A stretch of DNA of 64,000 nt from Anthoceros angustus (lineage: Eukaryota > Plantae > Anthocerotophyta). The DNA is taken from the NCBI GenBank assembly GCA_010909165.1, contig MU008154.1, positions 981,478 to 1,045,477 of the forward strand, given 5' to 3'. The stretch's first letter is position 1. The number at the start of each line of letters is the position of its first letter. This document shows positions 34,265 through 45,669 of this stretch, piece by piece. The notes under the pieces were generated by a model. It did no database searches. It was not told where the DNA came from and was given only the letters and a program-made list of their open reading frames with translations. Made by a program: the position numbers and the translations under genes.

Positions 34265-35527
34265 ATGGACGGCGGGGAGGGAGGAGCGGTACCGGTGCAG
34301 AGGGAAGGTCCTCGGTGGCTGGACGCATTCGTGACCGCCAAGTACTTCAGCCACTGCACGCGGCACCGGTTTGGCAAGAGCGAGCGCAACTTCTTCTGCA
34401 CGGACTGCGGGGAAGGGCCTCTGTGCGCGGCCGGGGTGCGGGAGGGCCATGTCACGCACTTCGTCTTGCAGGCCAGGAAGGCGTCGTACAAGGACGCCAT
34501 TCGGATCTGCGACGTGCAGCGGATTCTGGACATTGCCGGGATCGAGACCTATATCATCAACGGGGCCAAGATCGTGTTTCTGCACCGCCGCCCGCAGGCA
34601 AACCCGCCGCAGGGAGTCCCGAACTGCGAGATGTGCAAGCGGAGCTTCCGGGATCAGGTGCGCTTCTGCTCCATCCAGTGCAAGCTGGATGCCATCAGGA
34701 AGGACAGCAGGGACGCTTCTCTCTCGCTCCACGCCATGGGAGAGTTCGAGGAGACCTGCATTGCCAAGATGGACCAGGGCGTGATCATCAACCCTAAGCC
34801 CGTCGCGGCGGTCACCAACTTCCGGGTGCACGGTGAGCAGCTCATCCGGAACCAGACTCCACCGAGGCTTGTGTGGAATTTCTTGAACCAGGTGGATCCG
34901 ATCCCCCCTGCAACTGAACCTGCTATTGGACCGGAGTTCTCTCCGCAACAGGCCAGCTTTTCCGGGATGTCGGACCTCAACGTTGCACGCTGCTCGGAAT
35001 CGACAGAGCAGTCATCGGCCAGCTCTTGTCCGCTGCCGGCATCGCCGCACAAGGGCAGGCGCATCATCCCTATGGCGAGGCAGCTGAAGTCGGAGTTTTC
35101 TCTGGATTCTTGGCTCAAGGAGTGCAAGGGGAAGCGCAAGGGTGATACTCTTCGCTGCAACCTGAGTCCGATGCAGGAGGCGGCCGAAGATCAAGGGGTG
35201 TTCAGCTTCTTCGGCAACCAGCAGGCAGCGGCGGTTCCCAGGCTCATTATCCCGAAAACACACAGAATAGGTGCTGATACTCGCGGGGTGGCGCACCCTC
35301 AGCATTCTCCTAGTTCATCAACTCTATCCGATGTCTCAGACACCTCGCAGCCAGCTAGAGGAGTAGCAGAATGCTATGACTGTACTTGTCTCGCATTGAA
35401 CACACCCCACTCTGGCTCCCCTCTGTGCAGTCCCTTTGGCCCATCTACTCCTGTGCGGCTGGATCGGTCATTTTCCCGCGCAATCCATGCAAGGAAGGGA
35501 GCTCCTCATCGGGCACCGATGAAATAG
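34265..35527 (+). CDS. PLATZ: PLATZ zinc-dependent transcription factor, 420 aa, intronless
   Basis: PRWL..YFSHCTRH..NFFCTDC..H..H..LQARKASYKDAIR..IETYIINGAKIVFL..RPQ..CEMC..RFCSIQCKL and the C-terminal RKGAPHRAP motif. Confidence 0.92.
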   Translation: MDGGEGGAVPVQREGPRWLDAFVTAKYFSHCTRHRFGKSERNFFCTDCGEGPLCAAGVREGHVTHFVLQARKASYKDAIRICDVQRILDIAGIETYIINGAKIVFLHRRPQANPPQGVPNCEMCKRSFRDQVRFCSIQCKLDAIRKDSRDASLSLHAMGEFEETCIAKMDQGVIINPKPVAAVTNFRVHGEQLIRNQTPPRLVWNFLNQVDPIPPATEPAIGPEFSPQQASFSGMSDLNVARCSESTEQSSASSCPLPASPHKGRRIIPMARQLKSEFSLDSWLKECKGKRKGDTLRCNLSPMQEAAEDQGVFSFFGNQQAAAVPRLIIPKTHRIGADTRGVAHPQHSPSSSTLSDVSDTSQPARGVAECYDCTCLALNTPHSGSPLCSPFGPSTPVRLDRSFSRAIHARKGAPHRAPMK

Positions 35528-37525
35528 CGGTGCCTCGACATCGTCCCTGCTCGAGACTGGAACTTGTACATTATTGTAACATTTTTCAGGAGGAAGGTGC
35601 TGTGTGATGTTAAGCGGAGGGATGGTGGCTGCAATTACTACAATGTTGCAGCTATCTAGATCGTGACTTGATGTAGAGATTCTTGAGAGCAGTAGGAGAG
35701 CTTTGAGTACACGTCTGGCCGGCAGTTGTTTACAATTTTCCGGGAGCTGGAGAGTTTTTGTAGACATGGTCCTTACTGTAACAGGTTAAACGAATTGCGG
35801 CAGCGGAATAATGCGCATTCGACAAAGTATGGAGGATGTGAATGCTCCCTTACGGGTACTTGTTCTATTAGGAATAGAGCTTCGAAAGAAAGCATTGGGT
35901 AGTGGATACAATCGTTAAGGGAAACCGAGCACTTTGGTAGCAAAGGCTCCCAAGTCAAATTGAAGCTGGCTAGCAGTAGTATGCAGGGTCTGGAGCTTCT
36001 TCTGGTGATCAGAGTTGAGCAAGCTGGGCAGCAGCTCCAGTAATCCCAGCGCCAAGCCTGACTGCATCTCGGGCAAGAGGTAGAATGTGATGCAGCGCCT
36101 TTCCTCCAAGAATCTTCTGTTGGGGTCGGTTACATTGCCATCCTGTGCAGGTGCCAGCCTTATGCTGTGCAGAGGGAGCAGCACGTGCAGGCTTCTGATA
36201 TCCTTGAATAAGCTCCTCAAGTGCTGGCCTGCCAGCGAGTTGAGCCTGCTGTTTTGGATTGAAAACGCCCTCTTGCAACTGAACTGGCCTGCTCGAACGG
36301 GACCATGCTCTGTGAAGAGCAGACAGTTGCGATCATACACCCTCGCGGATTGAACAAGGCTTCCGTCCCTGTAACCACAACGTTTCAGCAGCTTTCAAGA
36401 ACTGCTGTTTTAACCAGGAATGTCACTTAAATGTCCATCCATTTATGAAGCCTTACTTGTGATAGATTGCGGGTGCAAAAGTGGAGATATTTGTGTGGTT
36501 GTTGAGGAAGAACACGGGGGGAATGCTCTGGTGTCCTTGAAAGAAAAAATCGCAATGCTCCAAAGGATCGATGAAGAGAGTTTTCACTAATGCTGTGAAG
36601 TAGTTGTTGTTTTGAGCCTGGCTAGTGCAAATGCGGCTCAACCACCAGGTCAATATTGCAAAAACCACACAATTTCTCATGTTACGCATTGTTACATTAT
36701 AATTCATCATCTTGTGAGTCTCGCTTTTGGTCTCCCTATGCTTTGCACACCATCTACAGGAGAACATTCCAACACAAGCTCATACGGTAATCAGTATGTT
36801 TCTACAAATTTATAGTTATGAATTTTTAATTTAAAAATTATAAATTTCAAGAACATAAAGAAAATGCTTATCGTCATACAACATGAATAGCTCATGTTAT
36901 TCCGCAATAGGGTGCAAGTCATAAGTTGTGCACGCTCTGGCTCATATTGTTCCACAAAACTTTGCAGATTTGCTTAAACTGTTTCCAAGTAAGTACTTAT
37001 TATTTAAGAGCATTAGCCAAGATAGTGGAGTGTATGAAGCAAATCAATTCGTAATACGAGTTCCTGATTAAAATCTTGAAGAAGAAGAAGAATAGCAGAA
37101 CATCCAATACTAGACGAGCTCTTCCACTGGGGTGTAGCTAAGTTATTTAAAAATATGAACTAGAAAAAATAGCCGTTGAGGTTGTTATTCCAAGTAATTT
37201 AGCATTTTATCTTTCAGAAGGTGTAGTACATCTTCAACGGTAATGAAAACATTTAATTACTTCATTTACCAAAAAATAGGTACTAATTAATTGATAATTT
37301 TATTTATATATAGGTAGGAAGGTAATAATCACTACCTATCTATTAGCTTTTAGTTTAACATTATACATGTCTAACTAATATGGGATAGATATACACACAT
37401 GTATTCTAATGCGCACCATGCTACAGGACTAGCTTGTTGCACGTGTGAAAAAAGCATGTATGAGCTTTAGCACTAACAGCGTGCAAAAACCACAAAATGA
37501 CTTCCAGGTGAATGTGAGCCACAAA

Positions 37526-38112
37526 ATGGCAGTAAAAGGGCAAGCTCTTCAAAACTATAACATGGAGCTCGTGCACCGTTAGCTCTCATTTTGATTCTCG
37601 TGTTTCTTTTTTTTTCCAAAGATCTTGTTTGAGCTTCTTCTCAACTCAATAGCATATTATGCCTCATAATTGTAAACCATATACGACATCCATTAGGTAT
37701 TGAGGAATTGCGAGAGAAAAGAGATGAGATGAAGAAGGCTCTACAAATTGAAGAGGAAGAAAAAGTCAATATTCAAAAAGATCTTGTTGTACTTACCAAA
37801 AGATTAGCTGAACTTGATGATAGTTTATCTCGCAAATATGCTTATACCAATGAATATGATAAGACAATTCAAGAAGTAGAAGCTGCATATTCAAAAGTAG
37901 GCTTATCTCATTCTTTCGTCCTTCCTTGGAACTCCATATTACAATTGAGCTTTCTTGTGATGTGCTTCAGTTCAATCATTTGGGTTTTGATCTTTCTTCA
38001 ACTATTTGTTGAACTTCTTGACTTGCTTCGTTTGCAGATACTTGAGAGCTCACAAGCTCTTCTGCATGTGCTCCAGAGTGAAACCAAACAAATATCTCGA
38101 GGCACTAGGTGA
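37526..38112 (+). CDS. SSNA1: SSNA1/DIP13/NA14 centriole-flagellar coiled-coil protein, 108 aa; exons 37526-37577, 37697-37896, 38038-38112
   Basis: MAVKGQALQNYNMELVH|RIEELREKR..EEEEK..NEYDKTIQEVEAAYSK|ILESSQALLHVL matches the SSNA1 pattern LQNYNNELV.CIEEL..TI.E.EAAY.KILESSQ.LL.VL. GT-AG introns are in phase. Confidence 0.93.
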
Positions 38113-38815
38113 AGGACAATTTTGTGCAAAATAAGATGGTAGACTGTACACACAACATCTCCTGTCATTACCCTCCAACAATGTTATTTCGCACAACATA
38201 ATTCATAAAATGACAGGCAAATAGAATTATGGGTCTTGATAACAACGCCCAAGTTGTCTCATAATTGATGGGTTTATCCCACCTCTCTGTATTTAACAAA
38301 ATGATAAAATATTAATCAATAACCCTTGATATTCATTTTAAGAATAAGAGATAGTGGTAAGAAAACTATCTAATACTTTTTCGCTGGACTAAAACAAACA
38401 TAAAACTATATCTAGTCTTTTCAAACTCATATGACACCAACTTTAGTATTTAACTACATCTGTTTTATCAAAATGCTTGGTTGTAAAATATTTGTTCAGG
38501 TTATTTTCTCAAAATTTGTACGTTCTTTGATACACAGTAGTGTATGAGTTTCTGTATATTTGATTCGAATAATTGATTTCTAGCTATAGTTCATATGATA
38601 ATGCCTAAATATGTCTCATGTGACATATTTAATGTAATTTTTTAAACTAACTCTTTTACTTTCTAATATACATGATATCAGAAAATAAATGGGAAGTAAA
38701 AACTGCTTTTTGTAAATACTAGAGTAGATGAGAACTTTGCGTACCTTAAATGTGTAACATGACATATTGAATAGCAAGAAAGGGAACTCAAATAATTACC
38801 TATTACGGATTTTGC

Positions 38816-39997
38816 TCACAACATCATGTGTGAACACATAAATGGATCGGGACAATGAAGGAGTTGTTTCAACCGCCTTATATCTTCAACATTTTTTGGT
38901 TTAAGATAAAGGACTCCAAAATTATTAAATGTCAAAGAGTGAGCTCGAGTCTTGTTCAGTTTATCAAACCTCTCCTCAGCTGGTAATTTTATCCTTTGAT
39001 TCATTAAATCTAATTTATGTGTAAGAAGGTGAGGATATTTCTTGACTTTTTTATTTAAAATCTTCATGTTAACCTTTTCAGTAAATTTTACTTTATTTTT
39101 CTTTGTGTCTGGACAAACGTTGATATTTTCATCATTTTTATTTTTTATATTCTTTTTTTTCTTTGTGTTTGTAACAACATTAACTTTTTCATCCTTTTTA
39201 TTTCTTATAACTTGTTCCTTCATTGTTTCCACTGGTTTTTCTATAGGACTTGTTTCTTGCTGGTTAGGTGGTAACGAACTGTAAGGCTTTTGAGCTTGAT
39301 TTAATGTATTTGTTGGGACACTAGTGGGAATAGTAACATTGATTTTCTGATTGTTTGGTGCCACAGATTTCACTTTGTTGCCTTTTGTTTGGTCATCTAA
39401 ATTTACTTTATTATCTGCAAGCGCTTTACAATAACCCAACAATCCACTTTCTCCATCACCAACAAATTTCATGAACTCTGTAATGTTAGTAAAAGAGGGT
39501 TTTGACCCATTTCGTGGATCACTAGGATATAGCTTTCCAATTGCCCATAAGTCCAAATTTTTATCACCTCTTGTTCTGCGTTCTTCATAACTTATGGATT
39601 TATCAAGCTTACTCTTATCATTCTGAAAAATAAGCCTGTAATCAGTACCAAGTTTAACATGCAAAGTCCATTCAGTCTTTGTTTGGTTTTTGCGTTTTTT
39701 CCTACTATCCGAGGTTCGTCTAAATTGAAGTCCTGTTGTTAGGTCTTTGATGTTAGCTACAATGGATGCTCTCACTTTTTTCAAAGGAGGTGCTTTTTTA
39801 ATAGTTCCAATAATAGATGCTCTAGCTTTTCTTAATGGCACTTTTATATTTTTATGGATTGATGCTCTTAAATTGGGCACATGTTGTAGAATAGACCTGC
39901 CCACAGGCATACTCTTCATAGAAATGATGGATGTTCTAACTTTTTCAGTTAAAGATCTTCTTTTCACTCTTTCAAATAAAGTAAGCCTTGGATCCAT
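38816..39997 (-). CDS. Orphan Lys-rich basic protein, 393 aa
   Basis: A 1.18-kb ATG-initiated open frame in very AT-rich DNA is unlikely by chance. Internal R[AT]SI repeats. No recognised domain. Confidence 0.6.
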   Translation of the reverse strand: MDPRLTLFERVKRRSLTEKVRTSIISMKSMPVGRSILQHVPNLRASIHKNIKVPLRKARASIIGTIKKAPPLKKVRASIVANIKDLTTGLQFRRTSDSRKKRKNQTKTEWTLHVKLGTDYRLIFQNDKSKLDKSISYEERRTRGDKNLDLWAIGKLYPSDPRNGSKPSFTNITEFMKFVGDGESGLLGYCKALADNKVNLDDQTKGNKVKSVAPNNQKINVTIPTSVPTNTLNQAQKPYSSLPPNQQETSPIEKPVETMKEQVIRNKKDEKVNVVTNTKKKKNIKNKNDENINVCPDTKKNKVKFTEKVNMKILNKKVKKYPHLLTHKLDLMNQRIKLPAEERFDKLNKTRAHSLTFNNFGVLYLKPKNVEDIRRLKQLLHCPDPFMCSHMML

Positions 39998-41051
39998 TCA
40001 ATATGTTCTTAAAGGTGGAGTACAAAATGTGCATCTTAAATAGCATCAATACATTCCAAACAAAATAACACTAATTTATCCTACACCATATGAGAGCAAT
40101 AGAAAATTACACACCATGCAATAAAAGAAGTGAAGTTAGGATTTGAAACGCATACGTAAAATTTGTACAAGATATATATGTAAGATATTGATGTGTTGAT
40201 GGAATTGTTAGCTACAAGGAATGACAATTACTCTTGATTTTTTGCTGGTTGATTCTTGTGAATTGCTTCCACATTTCCACATCTGGGCATTACCATTAAT
40301 TAAAACCTAGCTTAATTTGTTCATATTAAGATACAAAAATACTACAAGAATCACTAGTTTATTATGTATGTATATGTATGAGAAGGTGCATATTTTAATA
40401 TATATTTAGAATATATTTATATATTTTAATACATGTAAATTAATTGATATAATAATTAAAAATCATGACTGATTTTTTACATAATTTTTTTATGAAATAC
40501 ATATTTTTCCTTTTGAATCAAATGTTGAATGCACTTGGTTGCATAAACTTCATGTGTGTATCATAAGATCGATGATTATCACAAATTAAAAAATGGTAAA
40601 AATGATGGGAAATTAGGTTCCTACCGTGGAAAGAAGGCAATGAAGAATAAAGGGGACCGGAATGGTTAGCATCCATGTTTGAGTGTGTGATCATTCAAAC
40701 TTTGATAAAGTGTTGTATGATGTTTGAAAGTAGTCGAAAAGAGGTTGTCATCATTTATTCCTCCGTCCATATAGTATCTAGCCTGAAACTAAATTAAGCC
40801 AATAGCTTCGAAGAATTAGAAAGTTATACTATGTGAAGGCACCACATGAGCTCGAATCTCTCAAGGAGGTTCATGTTAACATTTGCCGTAGCCAAGGAAT
40901 AGAGGAGGTAGGAGGTCCTACACTCCGATGTGAGGTCTAGGGAAGGAAAGAAGCTTGGGTTAAAGCTCTAATGTACGCCATCTAGTAAAGGACATCTTCA
41001 CATAGAATTTGGTGCATAGGTTTTCAGATTTTTGTGATGCCAGCTCACATT

Positions 41052-42251
41052 TCAACATCCATCTCTCGAATACCATTTCCCATACATTCGAGGCTTCTCC
41101 TCTTCTTCAACTCGCTCAGCCGAGGAATTCTTTCTTACTGGCATGGCCACATGCCACTCCTCCTCTTCAGATTGCTCAGCCGAGAAATTCTCTTCACATT
41201 GACCACATGCATCTTCTCCTGGAATGACCACATGCATCACTCGAATGACCACATGAGTCTCCTCTTCAGATTGCTCAATTGAGGAATTCTCTTCAACTGG
41301 AATGACAACATGCCACTCATCTTTTTCAAGCTGCTCCTCCTCTTTAGATTGCTCAACGGAGAAATTCTCTCCGACCGGAATCTCCATAGGCTGCTCCCCC
41401 TTTTTAAGCTGCTCTTCCTTTTTAAGTTGCTCCTCCTCTTCAGATTGCTCAGCTAAGGAATTCTTTCTGTCTGGAATGACGACAAGTGACTCTTCCTCTT
41501 CAACCCACTCCTCCGCTTCAGATTGCTTAGCTGAGGAATTCTTTCCATCTGGAATGGCCACAAGCCACTCCTCATCTTCAACCCACTCCTCCTCTTTAGA
41601 TTGCTTAGCCAAGGAATTCTGTTGGACTGGAATAACTTTAGGCTGCTCTTCCTCTTCAAGCTGCTGCTCCTCTTCATATTGCTCGGCTGAGGAATTCTCT
41701 TTGATTGGAATGACTACAGGCTGCCCCTCCTCTTCAGGAAGCTCCTCCTCCTCCGGCCGCTCCTCCTCTTCAGGCGATTCCTCCTCTCCAAGCTGCTCTT
41801 CCTCTTCATGTTGCTCCTCCCCTTCAGGCGGTTCCTCCTCTCCAGGCCGCTCTTCCTCTTCAAGTGATTCCTCCTGTCGAGGCTGCTCTTCCTCTTCACG
41901 TTGTTCCTCCTCTTCAAGCTGCTCCTCCTCTTCAAGCGACTCCTCCTCTTCAAGCGACTCCTCCTCTTCAAGCGACTCCTCCTCTTCAAGCGACTCCTCC
42001 TCTTCAAGCGGCTCCTCTGACTGCTCTTCTTCTTCCGATTGCTCAGCCAAGAAATTCTCTCTAGCTGGAATGACTACAGTCTGCTCCACCACCGAATTCA
42101 GTGTAACTTTCATGGCCTGGCGTTGTCTTTCTAGAGCTCGCCTCTTATCCCTCCTATGATATGGTGTTATGAAGGCTAGCAGCGCTGTAATCAGGATATA
42201 GATGGTGGTCACAAGTAGAATCAAGCCATCCGTCTTATCTATGAACTCCAT
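41052..42251 (-). CDS. Orphan Glu-rich repeat protein with an N-terminal TM anchor, 399 aa
   Basis: ATG at 42251. TM GLILLVTTIYILITALLAFIT followed by HRRDKRR. (LEEEES)n and ~9 V(V/A)IPxxxNSxAEQSEEEE repeats, with the frame preserved across repeats. Confidence 0.6.
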   Translation of the reverse strand: MEFIDKTDGLILLVTTIYILITALLAFITPYHRRDKRRALERQRQAMKVTLNSVVEQTVVIPARENFLAEQSEEEEQSEEPLEEEESLEEEESLEEEESLEEEESLEEEEQLEEEEQREEEEQPRQEESLEEEERPGEEEPPEGEEQHEEEEQLGEEESPEEEERPEEEELPEEEGQPVVIPIKENSSAEQYEEEQQLEEEEQPKVIPVQQNSLAKQSKEEEWVEDEEWLVAIPDGKNSSAKQSEAEEWVEEEESLVVIPDRKNSLAEQSEEEEQLKKEEQLKKGEQPMEIPVGENFSVEQSKEEEQLEKDEWHVVIPVEENSSIEQSEEETHVVIRVMHVVIPGEDACGQCEENFSAEQSEEEEWHVAMPVRKNSSAERVEEEEKPRMYGKWYSRDGC

Positions 42252-43366
42252 ATCACGAAGCACAGTGTGCTGTGTACTGTGTGTTGTGTGTTGTGCTCTG
42301 TCTGTTGTGTGCGGTTTGTTCACAAAAAGATCTAGAGCAAATTCAAAACAAATAAACTATTTAAAGGTTCATAATTGGTTCAAAATATGTTTTGAAATAC
42401 CGCGTAGAGAGAATTCTAGCTTTGAGGCAGCTAAGCAGAGAAATACTAGTAATTATCTCAAGTGAAACCCGTCGATTGGACCCTAACCTTTTCTTCCTTT
42501 TGATTTTCTTGAATTTCTTTATTTTAAATTATGAGAATTCCAATTGGCACACCTTCCTAATGGGACCGGTGGAGCCGCTCCGATGATGTTCCAATTAGGG
42601 AAGGTAGACCACATTTGGAGACAATTAAGAGTTGTTATTCTTTTCGCTGGCCAACCTCTCCAACCTCCCTTCAATTCATCCACTCACACATGTAAGAAAA
42701 ATATAATATTTGAAAATTAAATACCTATAGGTGTGTAAAGTACATTTTGTGCTTTTTGTAGCCACATGATTGAAATCCTGCATTTGCTTTCATGGAGAAA
42801 AAGGAGAAAAGTGAAAATGTCGAAAGCTATGACAGCACGGAATGGTCGCGAAAAGTTGCTGCAACACTGCGAATGTACGTGGGCCGTCCTCATTGGCGAA
42901 TTTCCTCCGAGGTCGCCGAGTCCTGGATCCTGCGCCACTCGTGGGCGCCTGCAACATATGGGAGTCGGCAAGTCATTGACTCAAGTCGCAATACTCTGGC
43001 AAAGATGCATGCTTCCAATGAACCAGCAGCAGCTCGACGGGAAAAGCACAAGGCCGACGAACCTGGCCTCTTAGCCTCAGAACATGTCTTGAAAGCTCGC
43101 TCGGACAGAAGCGATGCATCACCTGCAGGCGGCAGTCTGCCAAGCTTCTGCATGCATTGCCAGAATCACGAGACCCCCGTTCTGCATCCTGAGCCTGGCC
43201 TGGTGGGCGCAACTCCGCCTTATCTGCCCCTCTTCATATCGGCCCATGATCCCCTGAGTTTCAGTGGCCACAGTTATGTCCCGTCGCACCTTCGCAGGGA
43301 GCTCGGATATAGCAGGTTTCCTGCTTTAACTTGTCTGTTAGACAAGCGCAGAAATTTGCAAAGCAC

Positions 43367-45669
43367 ATGGTGAGGAGGCTGGCAGTTCGGCTTTGTGGCT
43401 GGGAAGGAAGGGGATTTTGCAGCCTGGCGTGAGTGAAAGTACTGTCCCTGAGTCCGTGTTGTGGCCGCTTGCAGGCGGCCAAGTCTGGAGATCCCGAGCT
43501 GACGAGTGGTGACTGGACGCGTACGGGAGACGGGTCCGTGGATTGCCGGGGCCAGGCTGCGGAGAAGGCCACGACCGGGAGATGGAGATCAGCGGTCTTG
43601 GTTTTCGGTGCTGTTCGGCTGCTCTCTGGGACTCTGTCACATATTGATGTTTGTTGGCCGACAATGTACTGAATATGTGAGCAATGGGTGTCACCAGCGA
43701 TGGAGTTTTGCGAGAGAATAGGAGCTCTCGGGATCTCCCTCAACCTGGTGACTTATCTAGTGGAGAACATGGATATTGAGTTGAGCAGGGCGGCCAACAT
43801 TGTGACCAACTTTGTTGGCACTTTGTACCTCACAAGTCTGTTGGGAGGATTTCTGGCAGATAGTTGTGTGGGTCGTTTCTGGACGATCGCCGTGTTCAGC
43901 AGCATCCAGTTTTTGGTAAGTGTAGCTAATGTCCTCATCAGCAGGTGGAGGAATTGCTGAATTATTGCCTTGCTCTCCTCGCTACATTGTTTTGTTTTCG
44001 TTTTCTCTGTAGGGAATGGCATTTTTATCACTCACAGCTTCGTTGCCAGCCCTCCGACCCAAAAGCTGTGGGACTGCACAGATGTGCAGTCCCACAGACG
44101 GACATCGTCTGGTGGTGCTGTATGTGGCGCTGTATGTCATAGCCTTGGGATCAGGAGGAATCAAACCAAATGTTTCAGCTTTTGGTGCAGACCAGTTTGA
44201 TAGAACTGATGCGCAGGAGAGCGGACAGCTCGGATCTTTCTTCAATGTTTTCTTTTTCTTCCTTAGCATTGCCGCCGTCATCGCAGTGACTGTGTTGGTC
44301 TGGGTTCAGGTAGTATCATCCACCATGCTATTACATTCTGCTGCCATGTACTGCTGCCCTCTTGGGTTTGTTTTCCTGAATCATTTAGCTGGGAGCAGGG
44401 GTTGAGATGGTGATGCTTGTTTTTTGACAGGACAATGTTGGCCGAGGGTGGGGCTTCGGGGTCTCCGCAGGGGTCATGTTGGTAGCTTTGACCTTCTTCA
44501 TTCTGGGCCGGTCCGTGTATAGATACAAAAGGCCTAGTGGAAGCCCTTTCACCCACATAGCCAGAGTGCTGGTAGCAGCAATTCGCAACAGGAACCTCGG
44601 CAAAAGGTCATCACAGATATTTGAATTGGATGATGTCAGCAGACGCACACTAGGGAAGGAGAAAGTGGGCCATACCAACCAATTTGGGTGCGTTCTCGAC
44701 AGAAACGTGGTTCTTCTTGTCTGGACATCATGTCGTTTTTGTCATTAAATTCTGATTCTCTCCTTGTACAGGTTCTTAGACCGAGCTGCATTAGTGGATC
44801 CCGACCTCGATGAATCAGCTCTTGCAGCTAAGCATTCCTCATGGAGGCTCACAACCAGCACAGAAGTGGAAGAAGTGAAGCAAGTTTTGCGCATTCTCCC
44901 GGTCTGGATCTTCACTGTCTTGTTCTATACTGCCTATGCACAGCTTACCACCTTCACTGTGCAGCAGAGTGTGACAATGAACCGCCGGTTTGGCCCAGCA
45001 GACAGCCACAACTTTCAGATTCCTCCTGCATCGGTGGCTGTCTTCCTGGAGATCGGAACCATAGCACTGTTGTTGCTTTATGAACCTGCAGTCGTCCCCA
45101 TTGCACGTTACCTCACAGGACAGGATACTGGGCTTACGTCACTGCAGAGAATAGGGACAGGACTTTTCTTTGGGATAATAGGGATGATCGTTGCTGCTGC
45201 TGTGGAATTGAAGAGAATACACAAGGTGAACTCACATGGAGTCAGAGACGATCCCACGGCAATGGTTCCCTTGAGTGTATTTTGGCTGCTACCTCAATTT
45301 GTCATCATCGGCATTGGTGAAGCCCTTCTCTACGTAGGGCAGCTTGAATTCTTCTACAAGGAGTCTCCAGACGGGATGAGGTCCTTCGGAACTGCTCTGT
45401 TTATCACGTCCATCTCCTTGGGCTTCTTCACCAGCACTGGCATCGTCACTCAAGTGAATAAATATTCCAGAGGAGATTCTGATCCCAGCGGCTGGCTGGA
45501 TAACCTCAACCGAGCACAACTGTACAAGTTCTACTGGCTGCTTGCCATCGTCAGTGCCATCAACTTCCTCTTCTTTCTCTGTGCTGCAACGTGGTACAGA
45601 TACAAGAAGGTGGATACACATTTCCAGGACCAGGATAATCCCCCCAGTACCAATTACACAAGATCCTAG
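43367..45669 (+). CDS. NPF6: NPF (NRT1/PTR) transporter, NPF6-like #1; exons 43367-43369, 43475-43607, 43698-43915, 44013-44309, 44431-44687, 44772-45669
   Basis: DGSVDCRG..TGRW, EFCER (ExxER), NLVTYL, GGFLADSCVGRFWTI, GGIKPNVSAFGADQFD, GSPFT, FLDRAA, EVEEVK, LQRIGTG, GQLEFFYKESPDGMRS. The ATG-only first exon is inferred. Confidence 0.93.
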
